From Tubiluchus corallicola (Eukaryota > Animalia > Priapulida), in assembly GCA_030141605.1 (NCBI GenBank), contig JAQGDQ010002387.1:124001-188000 (forward strand): a stretch of 64,000 nt of DNA, read 5' to 3'. Positions 49,901 through 58,400 of the stretch are shown one piece after another; the stretch's first letter is position 1; the number at the start of each line of letters is the position of its first letter. The position numbers and the translations under genes are program-made. A model generated the notes under the pieces. That model saw only the letters and a list, made by a program, of their open reading frames with translations. It searched no databases and was not told the DNA's origin.

Positions 49901-50737
49901 TATTTCAATGAAAACAGAATTTTATTATTTGATAATTTAGACAAATGATTAAAAATAGCCCTTCCGTTAAAAAATTTGAAGAAACATTTAAACTACAAAA
50001 CTTCAACTTGTATAGTACTTCATAGTTTTTTCCCTTCCTCTTAACCCAGTAAAGTTCATCCTCTGCAATATAATCATTATTTGTTATTTCAGTTCTAGGT
50101 TAATATACCATTGGCAGTCACAGCATGATGCTAGCCATGGCGTATTCGTATAACGTACGCAATTATTATTAATTATCATTTACTGAATTCATTATTACAT
50201 ATGATTGCACGTCGGCACTATCATAATAACTATAATTCTCACATCTTTTTCTGTTCTTTTCTCGTTTTAACCATAACATTTTTTACTTATTCCTGTTCTA
50301 CATGCTTTTGTATATAAATTCTCCTCCTTATTTCTATTTCACATTCAGCCATTCTTACATTTACAAGCTATTAGTATTAATAAGCTTCTTGCTGCAGTGG
50401 TGTTATCATGAATTGATACTAATATTTATAACTATATCCGTTAATTTCAACTAAATCACACAATGATGTACATTATATGTACGTAAAATGTATGTTACTA
50501 GTATGGTAATTACTATTTATGTGAAATAAATAAGTAAAATTGAAAAAATAAATAAAATTGAAACTCTACGTTACCTCCTGCAAGAAAAGAACTAAACCAA
50601 GAAGATTAAATCTCAAAAAGCTAAATAAATAACAGTAAACATCAAGCAAAAAAATAAACTCAATAGAAAGACGCGAGTTCATTAAAAAATGTATTAAAGA
50701 AATGTATCTATTGTTCACTGACCTGCATTGACGCCAT
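31983..50737 (-). CDS. UBE2W: Ubiquitin-conjugating enzyme E2 W, 6 coding exons, 148 aa
   Basis: Minus-strand exons 50737-50723 (MASMQ), 34844-34762, 34383-34281, 33024-32869, 32388-32313, 31996-31983 total 447 nt, all GT-AG and phase-compatible. Protein: [22 protein letters not shown]...[62 protein letters not shown]...[41 protein letters not shown] (catalytic Cys) and the WWYHDD end are diagnostic. Confidence 0.95.
36380..36921 (-). mobile_element. CR1/L2-like LINE 3' fragment, degenerate
   Basis: Minus strand reads [18 protein letters not shown] and later [13 protein letters not shown], typical of post-RT C-termini of this group; ends at the old BEL LTR. Confidence 0.65.
36922..39350 (+). 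mobile_element. Old, internally deleted BEL/Pao element
   Basis: Diverged LTR 5' ends tgttgctaccatatgcagaat (36922) and tgttgctgccatatgtagaat (39311), the second preceded by a purine tract agagagggggag. Degenerate gag ~37000-37390 (LEKLP...ATDPVFG), RT ~38500-38850 (KTRIVFNCA...QGP...ADHECMFHQ) and an integrase tail near 39080-39240. Confidence 0.75.
39360..39900 (-). mobile_element. Separate BEL/Pao gag-protease remnant on the minus strand
   Basis: Minus-strand translation [57 protein letters not shown] (Zn knuckles), then IILPIVKV resembling the protease start. Boundaries approximate. Confidence 0.75.
40291..40576 (+). repeat. 5' LTR of BEL/Pao element (286 bp)
   Basis: tgttttggatataagcacgt...atgtcgcgtaca; differs from the 3' copy at 3 positions by manual comparison. 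Confidence 0.97.
40659..41174 (+). CDS. Gag N-terminal region with SAP domain (~40707-40808) and linker
   Basis: ORF begins 82 nt after the 5' LTR; [32 protein letters not shown] matches the SAP pattern (L...TV.EL+..L+..GL...G.K..L+.R+). Confidence 0.85.
41175..41910 (+). pseudogene. GYG1: Glycogenin-like GT8 glycosyltransferase domain inside gag; intronless, one 1-nt frameshift at ~41460
   Basis: [23 protein letters not shown]...[40 protein letters not shown]...[23 protein letters not shown]...[13 protein letters not shown]...LPYRYN...[12 protein letters not shown]...IWWSLY is colinear with glycogenin ([22 protein letters not shown]...[28 protein letters not shown]...[12 protein letters not shown]...FDGGDQG...HFLGRVKPW...LWW). 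Spans ORFs 40659-41480 and 41465-42052. The symbol marks the family; this is not the host locus. Confidence 0.95.
41911..42900 (+). CDS. BEL/Pao Gag core (DUF1759-like) and triple Zn-knuckle region, frameshifted
   Basis: [11 protein letters not shown]...[12 protein letters not shown]...[13 protein letters not shown]...INHPVFG, then C-x-FCNSAEH..C, RLCFNCL..G....C, C....C.RKHSALLH. Frame breaks near 42020, 42245 and 42682. Confidence 0.88.
42669..45740 (+). CDS. BEL/Pao pol: aspartic protease, reverse transcriptase, RNase H
   Basis: 1023-aa ORF; protease [11 protein letters not shown] (Asp at 43053), RT ADVREMF and YVDD (44289-44300), RNase H FSDAS / PRLEL / WCDS / NPADD. Confidence 0.96.
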   Translation: MSENVFCNSAEHVSLKNCEQFKDKSEEERLQFARKSRLCFNCLQKGNQRAGSCYKPGCTRQGCRRKHSALLHDALEKWAPSNGERSTNVEATSCAVTTTKLSTRAVLPITPVKVQVQGGRPIQTMALLDPGSTNTFCSKAIYDELGAVGKKQVVSLTTIEKKHSKIHTSVTKMYVSKLDGSNKMKLPFVFVRPSLMLDVTDYLVDEQDISNWPHLKDVPLTLADSRELQLGLIIGQDVSDALMPLETRCGPRGVPYATRTRLGWTLNGLIGGGNEDTKKLSNNLLQAEQVTSQRQVEKFWKMDAVDDSIQYSHDDKLALSIWEKSITKRNGHYELEIPFKSNDDNIPDSFQMASKRLASLRCRLSKNKLLHEKYSQAMADLLQKGYAEEVVEHDTNVATWYLSHFPVFNENKPEKTRIVFDCSATEDAVSLNMLALQGPDLTNKLLGVLLCFRKYPVVIMADVREMFHQVYVAPKNRDMLRFLWWNDGNLDAPPSIFRMTVHLFGGVWSPSVASFALQQTARDNVNCFDEHALNTVVHSFYVDDPFKSVETAKEPIDLMSKLIQILDTGGFHLTKWMSNDRDVLACVPIEERGKNIKNLDLTQDDLPNERALGVKWDVKSDILGIQVKLREKPSTKRGLLRSLASTYDPLGMVSPFILQAKRLFQNECRIQEKSWDDRLEEETEKSWDKWKSDCPALEYFTLDRCLKPRDFGRIADLQLHHFSDASQYAYGTVTYARMENADGVVHTAFVMAKSRLAPMKSLTIPRLELCTAVLASTVDKQLRRELSIPISEFVFWCDSTIVLQYIRNTTRRFHTFVQNRVTTILETSSPVQWHYISTADNPADDVSRGMDANALVKSQRWKYGPSFLRKAQHEWPQHDPSKENDELNDDKEVKQTTCSTTVKHIQDRNDTISKHIEHFSSFYNLKKAAAWILRLKDILQKKIRGEKPEVPPKLTVQELTRAQDALVKFVRTQNFGMEYKALTQKSAKLMRIPKSSRLRKLDPFICEKGLLRVGGRLKAPGTL
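45728..46860 (+). CDS. BEL/Pao integrase and C-terminal DUF5641-like domain, frameshifted
   Basis: HHCC finger (YHETNGH...CRHC), D-D-E core (GIDCFGP, SDCGTNF, GVWESL), then NSRPLT...LTPNHFL...[11 protein letters not shown]...DGLVRSV...RPIHKI*. Frame breaks at ~45728 and ~46370. Confidence 0.93.
46996..47005 (+). other. Polypurine tract of BEL/Pao element
   Basis: aaggaggcag immediately 5' of the 3' LTR. Confidence 0.75.
47006..47291 (+). repeat. 3' LTR of BEL/Pao element (286 bp)
   Basis: tgttttggatataagcacgt...atgtcgtgtaca, followed by TSD ctagg. Confidence 0.97.
47700..48200. repeat. Non-autonomous repeat with minisatellite and terminal hairpin (HINE/DINE-like)
   Basis: aggaaacttgaaacttt motif, actg/ctaa microsatellite-like run, ~17-bp gtggtatggcaggtttg repeats at 47954-48050, hairpin gcattccc-ttt-ggaatgc at 48181-48198. 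Confidence 0.4.
48203..49990 (+). mobile_element. Degenerate L2/CR1-group LINE reverse transcriptase, split by a solo LTR
   Basis: [15 protein letters not shown]...IVPLFK...[45 protein letters not shown], then after the insert YADDTSL and KFLGVII; many stops and frameshifts. Confidence 0.88.
48874..49373 (+). mobile_element. Solo LTR (500 bp) inserted in the LINE RT
   Basis: Termini TGTGGAAGT...ACTTTCACA (imperfect inverted ends); 5-bp TSD AGTTC at 48869-48873 and 49374-49378; AATAAA at 49281; lies between the YINDL and YADDT motifs. Confidence 0.85.
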
Positions 50738-51059
50738 ACTTTTTTGCTGTCAGCAGTGTGAATTTCGTCAACGCACCGCGTCGACAATCGTAACTCACAA
50801 TTCCTTTATTCATTTAAAAACATAGAGGTATATACAATTATTTATGGCCGTTATAAACGAAATATTGATTTCCAAGAAAACTGTTACTCCGGGAATTATT
50901 TATTAATGAAGTTTTTAAATTTAGCTTAAAAACAAGATAGTGCTTTTTTGTTACGTGCATTGGTCATAATCGTGAAGAAGTCAAAGTCTCGAAAAATTGA
51001 TGTGAAAAAAACTTTTTGAGACTTAGTGGGCACTTTGACTTCTTTGCGATTATGTTTTC

Positions 51060-52740
51060 AAATTTATTAACAATGCAAAATATATAATTATGCTGACAAT
51101 AGGCCGTTATAAGCAGGACAGAATGTGCTCCAAACATTAAACAAACTAGATTCTAATTGTAGCAAAGTGTTGAACTGGTTTGAAGATAATAGCATGAAAG
51201 CAAATTCAGAAAAATTCCACGTTGTTGCCATTGGAAATAAATCACAAGCACTAAATCTAAACTTCGACATTGACGCAAAAAATCAAAATTAATGTGACAA
51301 TCAAATAAAAATCTTGGGTACATGTTTGCAAAATCCAATATAAAAACAAGTAGAAGTCCTTCCTAACTGTAAGTAGAAGAATTGCAGCATAATTTATTAT
51401 TTATATCATTCTTTCACCCTGTTAAAGGAAAAGCGGATAATTGTGTAAACATTAGTTCAGAATAAAGAATGCTCTAAAGTGATGAAAACTACAAAAGCTT
51501 TTTTTAAATCAAAGCTTAGATTAAATAATAATTACCTCGCATACTCAAATTTCGTTAAACTTTCAAAGCCACGCGCGGCTCAGTGATTCTTCTAAGATTG
51601 GCAGCGGCGCGTTTTTGTCACGTTAGCGTGGTCGATAAATAGAAGGCGGTACCATGGTAACAATGATCATGAACTACAGTGTTAGTTTCTCACGTCATAT
51701 GGATGTAGAGCCCATTTTCGTGACATCATACGTTTAAGCAGTAACACTTACGCAAACGTGCTTAACGCGCAAGGGAGATGTCTGCCATTGCACAAACTGT
51801 ATTAGTTTCTGACGTAAGCAATAGCTGCGTTCGGTTGCCGTTAATTAACTTTCTAAGCTAATTATTCAAATATAAGAAACATTTGCTAACTTTGTAGGCA
51901 AGAAAATGTGTATTTTGGACAGTAAATTAAAATGAGATTGAGTCTAAACAATCGTCCAGCCTTCCTTTAAAGTTTAATTACTGTCTGCCTGTATGGCATT
52001 TTAGTAGTTACGCAGTAACGAACAAACGTGAAAAAATTTAAGAAAGGGCACTGAGATTTACCTACAGTGATTATGCCTTAAGTTATGAAACATGCTAAAC
52101 AAATTTAAAAATTCGTTAATTCTTTGCGTATAAGAACTTTAGCCTTAGAAATATTTAAAATTCTAAACAAAGAAGGAGCTAGCTACTTATACGACCTGAT
52201 GGCAATTAAAGAATCTAAGTATTCATTCCGATATATTAAAATTACAAATGTACCACGCATCAAATGCACTAAATACGGCTAAACTCTGCGACATTCTGCC
52301 GCAGTTCGCGGAATCAATTGCCAAACGATAAGCGAAATGCTTAATGTAGTTATGAACTTATGGTATGTTTCAAAATATAAATTCGTGGAAAGATGACGAA
52401 TATAAATGTACTGCATGTCGCAGAAATTGAAAATTTTATGGTTCTGATTAAGCTGTACTTCCAAACTATGAACTGTTTTCGAATGTGATTTTAACTCGAT
52501 TAATTAAAGGCGTTGATTTTAGCATCTAAGTTAGCATTTATGATTTTAAAGTCTGCTAGGATCCAAAGTGTTTTATTGTAGCAGTATAATTGTAAAATCT
52601 TTTTATCGCCTAAGCACTATTTTTACTAGTAGACTGGCTTTGTAATATATGTCGGCTTAAAAGTTATTAGGAGTTAGTGTTTTTTGTGTTTATGTAAAAC
52701 CCGACTTTAAATAAAATTTGATTTATTTTGATTGATTTGA
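51060..52740 (+). mobile_element. Degenerate LINE 3' portion with (TTGA)-like tail, interrupted by a TTAA element
   Basis: YADN..., NWFEDNSMKANSEKFH (~51170-51220), RTLALEIFKILN...YLYDL...NQLPN (~52130-52330), tail aataaaatttgatttattttgattgatttga. Confidence 0.7.
51426..51966. mobile_element. Non-autonomous TTAA-flanked DNA transposon (Kolobok-like), 541 bp
   Basis: TTAA at 51422-51425 and 51967-51970; imperfect TIRs AGGAAAAGCGGATAATTG and CAATCGTCCAGCCTTCCT; interrupts a LINE fragment. Confidence 0.7.
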
Positions 52741-54296
52741 GAACGTACGTATTATCACGTCCGGTATTAACTTAGCGCTAGGCCGTTCGACTGCTAATAC
52801 ACAGTGTGCACACTCATGTGTCATCATAAATATAATAGCAGCAAATAAATGCGGTGAAATGTTTTTTTTCGCACTCCGCAACAATGTGAGGTTATATCTA
52901 TTAGGAAGCCCTTGCATCTCAGCAATGTACTTAGGCACGGAACTTAACGACTTGGGTTACCAGTATAAAAGCACTACGCTGTTTGGTGCAATTAGTCTGT
53001 ATGTATAATTAGTCTGTACGGAAAAATAGTCTAGCATAGACTAATTTTAAAGGGGACAGGTCATTTTGGCGCGGCCGTTTGGGCGCCCGCCCACTTGGGC
53101 GCGAGACATTTCGGCACAAGAATCGACGCACACTACGCTTGAATAATTTCTGTGTCGCACTACAACACGTGATGCTTATAGCTGGCCTATTAGGTGAAAC
53201 CTCTTTGTTTCTTTAGTCGCAGACTAATTTTTTCAATGTACCTAAAGTTTTTGTAAACGAATAAACAATTATTTTCGTGAATACGATCATGTAATTGACA
53301 TTAGAAATAATTAAAACACTCACCATGTGCAAAAACCTGCTGTTTTTAAAGCTTATTAAAAACTCTTACAACTCGAAAGTTAAATTACATTACATTAAGA
53401 TGCACTGAAGTTTAAAATTACAATTAAATTATATTACATTAAAACGACTTTACAAAACATTAATTAAGAAAGACTGAAGTTTAAATTACATTACATTTAA
53501 AAGACAATAATTTACGTGAATATTAACCTCATTAAAATCCATTATTATAATAATCTCGTGTCACAGTGTATACAGTAATAATGAAGTTACTGATAATTAA
53601 AAAGTGCAGAGGTATAAAACTTAGACTGTGAAGAGGCTTAATCTTGAAAGTGATAATTATGTATATTTGCGTTATAACGATGCGTTATAACGTTATGTCA
53701 GCGTTCAGATTACAACTGTCCTGCTACGTTCTGTTAACTTTATCAATGTATGATACTGTGTAAATAATTATCGGAGTTAACAAGATAGGAAAATTTCAAA
53801 TTGACAAGAACGTGTGGAAGGCAAAGTTGAACACCAGTTAAACCATAAGTATACCACAGGTTAAGACTCAGCATTAGTTGACTTAAATTTCAAAAGCTTT
53901 TCAATACAATATAGGCGATACACCCTAAAACATATTATGAAAGAAATCTACTTAGATCTTTTCGTATAAGCATTAAACACCTGAATGTGTCAATTTTGTA
54001 TGATATTGTTTAAAACCTACTTCGTAAGCAATGTGCAAAAGCACACCTGTTTCATACAGCCAGTGAGTATTAAAAATTGTTCATGTTGCTGTTGGCATTA
54101 AACAACTAGCCTACTGTATTGTCTTACGTAAAGATTTAGTTCATTTTATTCTTTGTAATCGTTAAACATATCGACAGACTGTATTTAGTCAGTTTTCTTC
54201 TATTAAATTTCTTAGACGTTTATTGAGTAAAGGTCTAAAATAGAAAACTCATTTTTTTCTTCTCCTGCAGGACACACCATTTTCTGTAGGGAGGGT

Positions 54297-54785
54297 GTGC
54301 ACTGTAACAATACCATAGATATGGTTTGTTTAGATAAAAGATCTTGGTGATTGCTTAGGAGGGTTCTGCATTCGAGACTGTCATGCTGCTCTGATCTTCT
54401 TTTTTCACTTCTTCAGTTTTGTCACTAAGTGCAGGTTGCATATACAAGCTAAATTCTTCACGCCATTTTTTCCATGCTTGTGACAGATTGCGTGATTCGA
54501 AGTTTAGTGCGTTAGGTGGTTTTAGCTGATTCATAGTTCTCTACAAATTTGCCGTCCGAATAAATACTCAAAACAACTAGTTCACTTCTGACACCATGTT
54601 ACACGCTACAATAATATTAGCAACCAGACAAATGCGTGCATAATAAAGTAGTATTTATTAAACTAATTAGGAACTTAAACAAAGAAGATCAGAGCAGCAT
54701 GGCAGTCTCGAATGCAGAACACTCCTAAGCAATCACCAAGATCTTTTATCTACACAAACCATATCTATGGTATTGTTACATGCAC
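54297..54785. repeat. Long inverted repeat (~105-bp arms, 278-bp spacer)
   Basis: 54297-54402 is the reverse complement of 54681-54785 with 3 mismatches and 1 indel. Confidence 0.9.
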
Positions 54786-56379
54786 TAGCCATTGTACTAG
54801 CATGGAATGGCTTTATTAGTTCAGTAGCAGTTCGGCCCATAGAATGGCCACTATGAGAGATGCAAGACACGTCGGCTAGTTTTGTTTCTCTCTAAATTTA
54901 TTTTTTAATCTTTGCATTTTCTATTCTGTTCTTGAACAATTTCTACAATTCTACAACAACAACTCTACTACAAATAGACGATAAAAAGTTAACAGCACTG
55001 GAGAAACCAGTGCAAAGCAAGAGTTGGAGCCGGATTCGCGAAAAATTGATTGGATCTCGATTATATTAAAAACAGGATGTCATGCGTAAATGATCTGATA
55101 AGCTCATTTTAAAATACCAAAATTTTTCAGTGTTGCGGGACTAGGTTTCGCTCTGTTTGCGTTCAAACTTTCACTTACTCAAGGACACAGAATATACGCT
55201 CTGAATGTTATTTTGAAGTCACTTTAAAGCAGACACCTCTGTAAATCAAAACGTAATTTTACCTGCATGAAATTCACAAATCCTACTTTCTGAGTGACTT
55301 AAATTTAAATACTTATCTGTTTTACCTGCGCAATATAATACAAGTGATGCATTCTGAATCCCCTCTTGAGTTCAGTGGTTGCTGCGATAGTTTAAGCACC
55401 ATACAGGACAAGACTGCTTCTATCCTCCCAAGACTTGTCATCCGACTGTTTCAGGCGCCAATGTGAAGGTTTGATAACACCTCAACGATAGATTGCTCTC
55501 TATGTTTTGTGTCTAATCTAGTCAGCTATTCAGTTTAATCATAAAGGTTTACTCACATGCAAAACGTTAACAGTTTGTAGATTTCAAATCTTACCCATTT
55601 TAATTTGGCAATAATTAGTAACTGAGTCAATCATTTTAGTTGGCGTGGGTAGCTCTTTTAAAGCTGGTTTAATGTGTCCCAGTTGTTTGGTCTGCATGGT
55701 AGTTTATCTTCAGGATGAGGTATTCGGACCGAGATCTCTCATCAACCAATAATTCTGGTTCAATCCGTTTACTCATTACTGCATACCAGTTCTAACACTA
55801 GTGTTGCGAAGGTGGCCACGAGGTCCAGAGTTCAAATCATATCATTCAAACAATGTTGAGTTGTAGTTGAGAAATCAACTCAAATTCAAAAAAGTTAAAC
55901 AGAAAATTAAAATGAGAGCTAGCCAGAACCTTTTCCTGCGTTTCTCATGCTGATCATAATTACAGAGCAGGTGCTTTGATGGTACATGCTCCCACACACA
56001 TATCCATTTGTGCACTAAACCGTATTCCATACCATGTAGCTACTATTATAGCTGCTATGTAGTGCTGATATGGAATGGTTTCCCAATAAGTTGAATCATC
56101 AGAATGTGAGGTTGGGGTGAAAATAAATGACCTTTCGTTCAGCAGTAACAATGTAACAACGTTGTAAATATCCTCAAATTGTATGAACATCGTGTGTATG
56201 ATACCTGCTGACTGTCTTAATGAATGTATAGGCCTAGTATACTGATTTGGAATTGCATGTGGTGAAAAGAAGATTACAAGTAGAGGTCGTGAGTCTGGGA
56301 CAGAGCCAGGATTCTAACACGATTGTCCGATTTTAGTAAAAAGTACAAATTTGAGGATTCATTGACGATGCGCACTTTG

Positions 56380-56645
56380 GAATTCCATAATCCGCTCTGG
56401 CAAATCACAACGTTTGCAGTGCGCCAGGCTGGTGAAGAGTTTAAATGCGAAAAAGAAACTTCCGTGTTTTTCAAGATGGTGGCAGTTTCGCGGATCAAAA
56501 GTTGCTAAAGTTTGTTTGCGACTTCGTGTATTATTGATTATCGGCTCTGCAGCTACTAAAATAGAATTGGTTTTAAGAACATTGAATGCTTTGATTATCT
56601 GCGATTGTACTGAACACGGTTTAGAGTTTTAGAAAAAGGTGTGTA
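56380..56645 (+). promoter_or_regulatory. Candidate LRRFIP promoter and non-coding first exon
   Basis: CpG-richer patch with ETS-like ACTTCCG and YY1-like AAGATGGTGGC; possible donors at 56639 and 56643. The ATG exon at 58295 starts at an acceptor, so an upstream exon must exist. Confidence 0.4.
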
Positions 56646-57298
56646 AGACTAACAGTCTAGATAAGTTGACTCACTGTTGGAAGTTTGATGGGTCCACGAT
56701 GGCATGCCATTAGCAGTGCTTTAGTGCAGATTTGCAAACCAGAATTATTTTTAAGATAGCAGATACATTTAGATAGTACTCGCACGACAATGATTAGTTA
56801 GGCCGTCAATAAAATCTCTTGTTTCATTGATGTATTGAGAACATATCACCCCAAGTTACATTGGCACTGTATAAAACAACGAACTTCACACGATCGTAGA
56901 CTCTGCTATTTTTTCTCTTGTGTCAGGTTCTAGTAGGAGACAGCACACAATAAACAACAATGCAACGAAATTGTAAGGCAAAACTTTCTTTGTTAGAACT
57001 GTATTGCTTTTGATTTTTGTTGGTGCATTGCAGTAAAAATGTAATTATAATTAAATTTTGGTAATGGTTTTGTGCAATTGTATCGTGCTCTCTTAGAAAC
57101 AAGACCAAAACTCATGAATTATAATGTAGGATAGATGTGGAATGTACAGATACAGTCTTAACTGGTGTTAGTGTTGAAATTTGCAAAACACCGAGTGTGT
57201 GTAATTGACATTTACAAACAATGTATTGTCATTAGCATTAATTAATGTCAATTTTTACATTTGTACCACATTTAATTGAATTTTGATATTGATCCTTA

Positions 57299-57496
57299 GT
57301 GCTAGATGCTGTTGTTTGTTCGGAAGTTTAAGTTTCTTAAATTCTTAATAATGCTTTAAGTGTCTTAACAAAGTGTAGGCTATTCTGTCTGCTATTTGGT
57401 GCTAGATGCTATTGTTTGTTTGGAAGTTTGAGTTTCTTAAATTCTTAATAATTCTTATGTGTCTTAACAAAGTGTAGCTATTCTGTCTGCTATTTG
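57299..57496. repeat. Tandem duplication, 2 x ~100 bp
   Basis: gtgctagatgct.ttgtttgtt.ggaagttt.agtttcttaaattcttaata...ctattctgtctgctatttg starts at 57299 and again at 57399. Confidence 0.9.
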
Positions 57497-58295
57497 GGTG
57501 TTGATTTATTCTCCTTTGTAATGAGAGTAGTATAGACCAGGTTTCCCCGTCAAGGAGCCTTTGTAGTTGCTGCTTAATAACTGATGTTGTGTACGTATTT
57601 TTTCTTACTATTGCACAGTTGTGAAATTAGCTATTAGTGGGTATTAATAGCTAATTTTTGGGGAGCCATGTAGCTGCCATGAGTTAGATGCATTTTCTAA
57701 TTTCGTGCACATCAGCTTTGTTTAGCAAGTATTATTTCCTCACTCGGCGATGAGGCTTTGTGGAAGAGCATGCGCTCATGGCAGGTCAGCCATGATTAGT
57801 GAAATTATATTGTTAAATAAATGTTCTGTATACTTTTCCCACTAGTTTTTGCATTTTTTTGACCACCAGTGAATGCCTATTTACTACCTCAATGAGTCAG
57901 TGAATTGCCATTGCAGTTAAACTGTTTATAGTGATTTCTATTAGTAGTAATATTTAAGTGCATATGTATGTTTTTAGGTAAATATGTTTGAAGTTGCTAT
58001 CACAACTGTTATTGATTACCAAATATCAACTGTTTGCTCAGAGTATCCATTCTGTTACTGCTAATCCCTGGACATTCCTAGATGCACATTAGGTGCTCAT
58101 AAATGCAGTTTTTCCCTCAGGGGTCTTTTTATCTGTACATGGAAATCTCTACCAAAAAAATTTCCCCTTACATTGAATACTGAAATACTAAATGGCATGT
58201 ATAACTATTTTCATTTATTTATTACAGAATGTTTTGAAAGCTATGTAATGCCTCGGAATACATTACAAAACTGGTTGCATTAATTTTTTTTCAGA

Positions 58296-58400
58296 ATGTC
58301 GAATTCTTCACCATCTAGTTCTACGCCTGGCAGTGGCAGACGAAGAGGGGACCGCCAGTACGCAGCAGAAGATGATGCACTTAGCAAAATAACTAAAGAG
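58296..58400 (+). CDS. LRRFIP2: First coding exon of LRRFIP1/2 orthologue; gene continues beyond window
   Basis: Acceptor ttttcag ending at 58294, ATG at 58296, MSNSSPSSSTPGSGRRRGDRQYAAEDDALSKITKE, phase-0 donor gtaaga at 58401. Resembles the LRRFIP2 N-terminus (TPASGRKR...FSAEDEALSNIARE). The next expected segment (AEARLAAKR...) was not found in the window. Confidence 0.8.
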
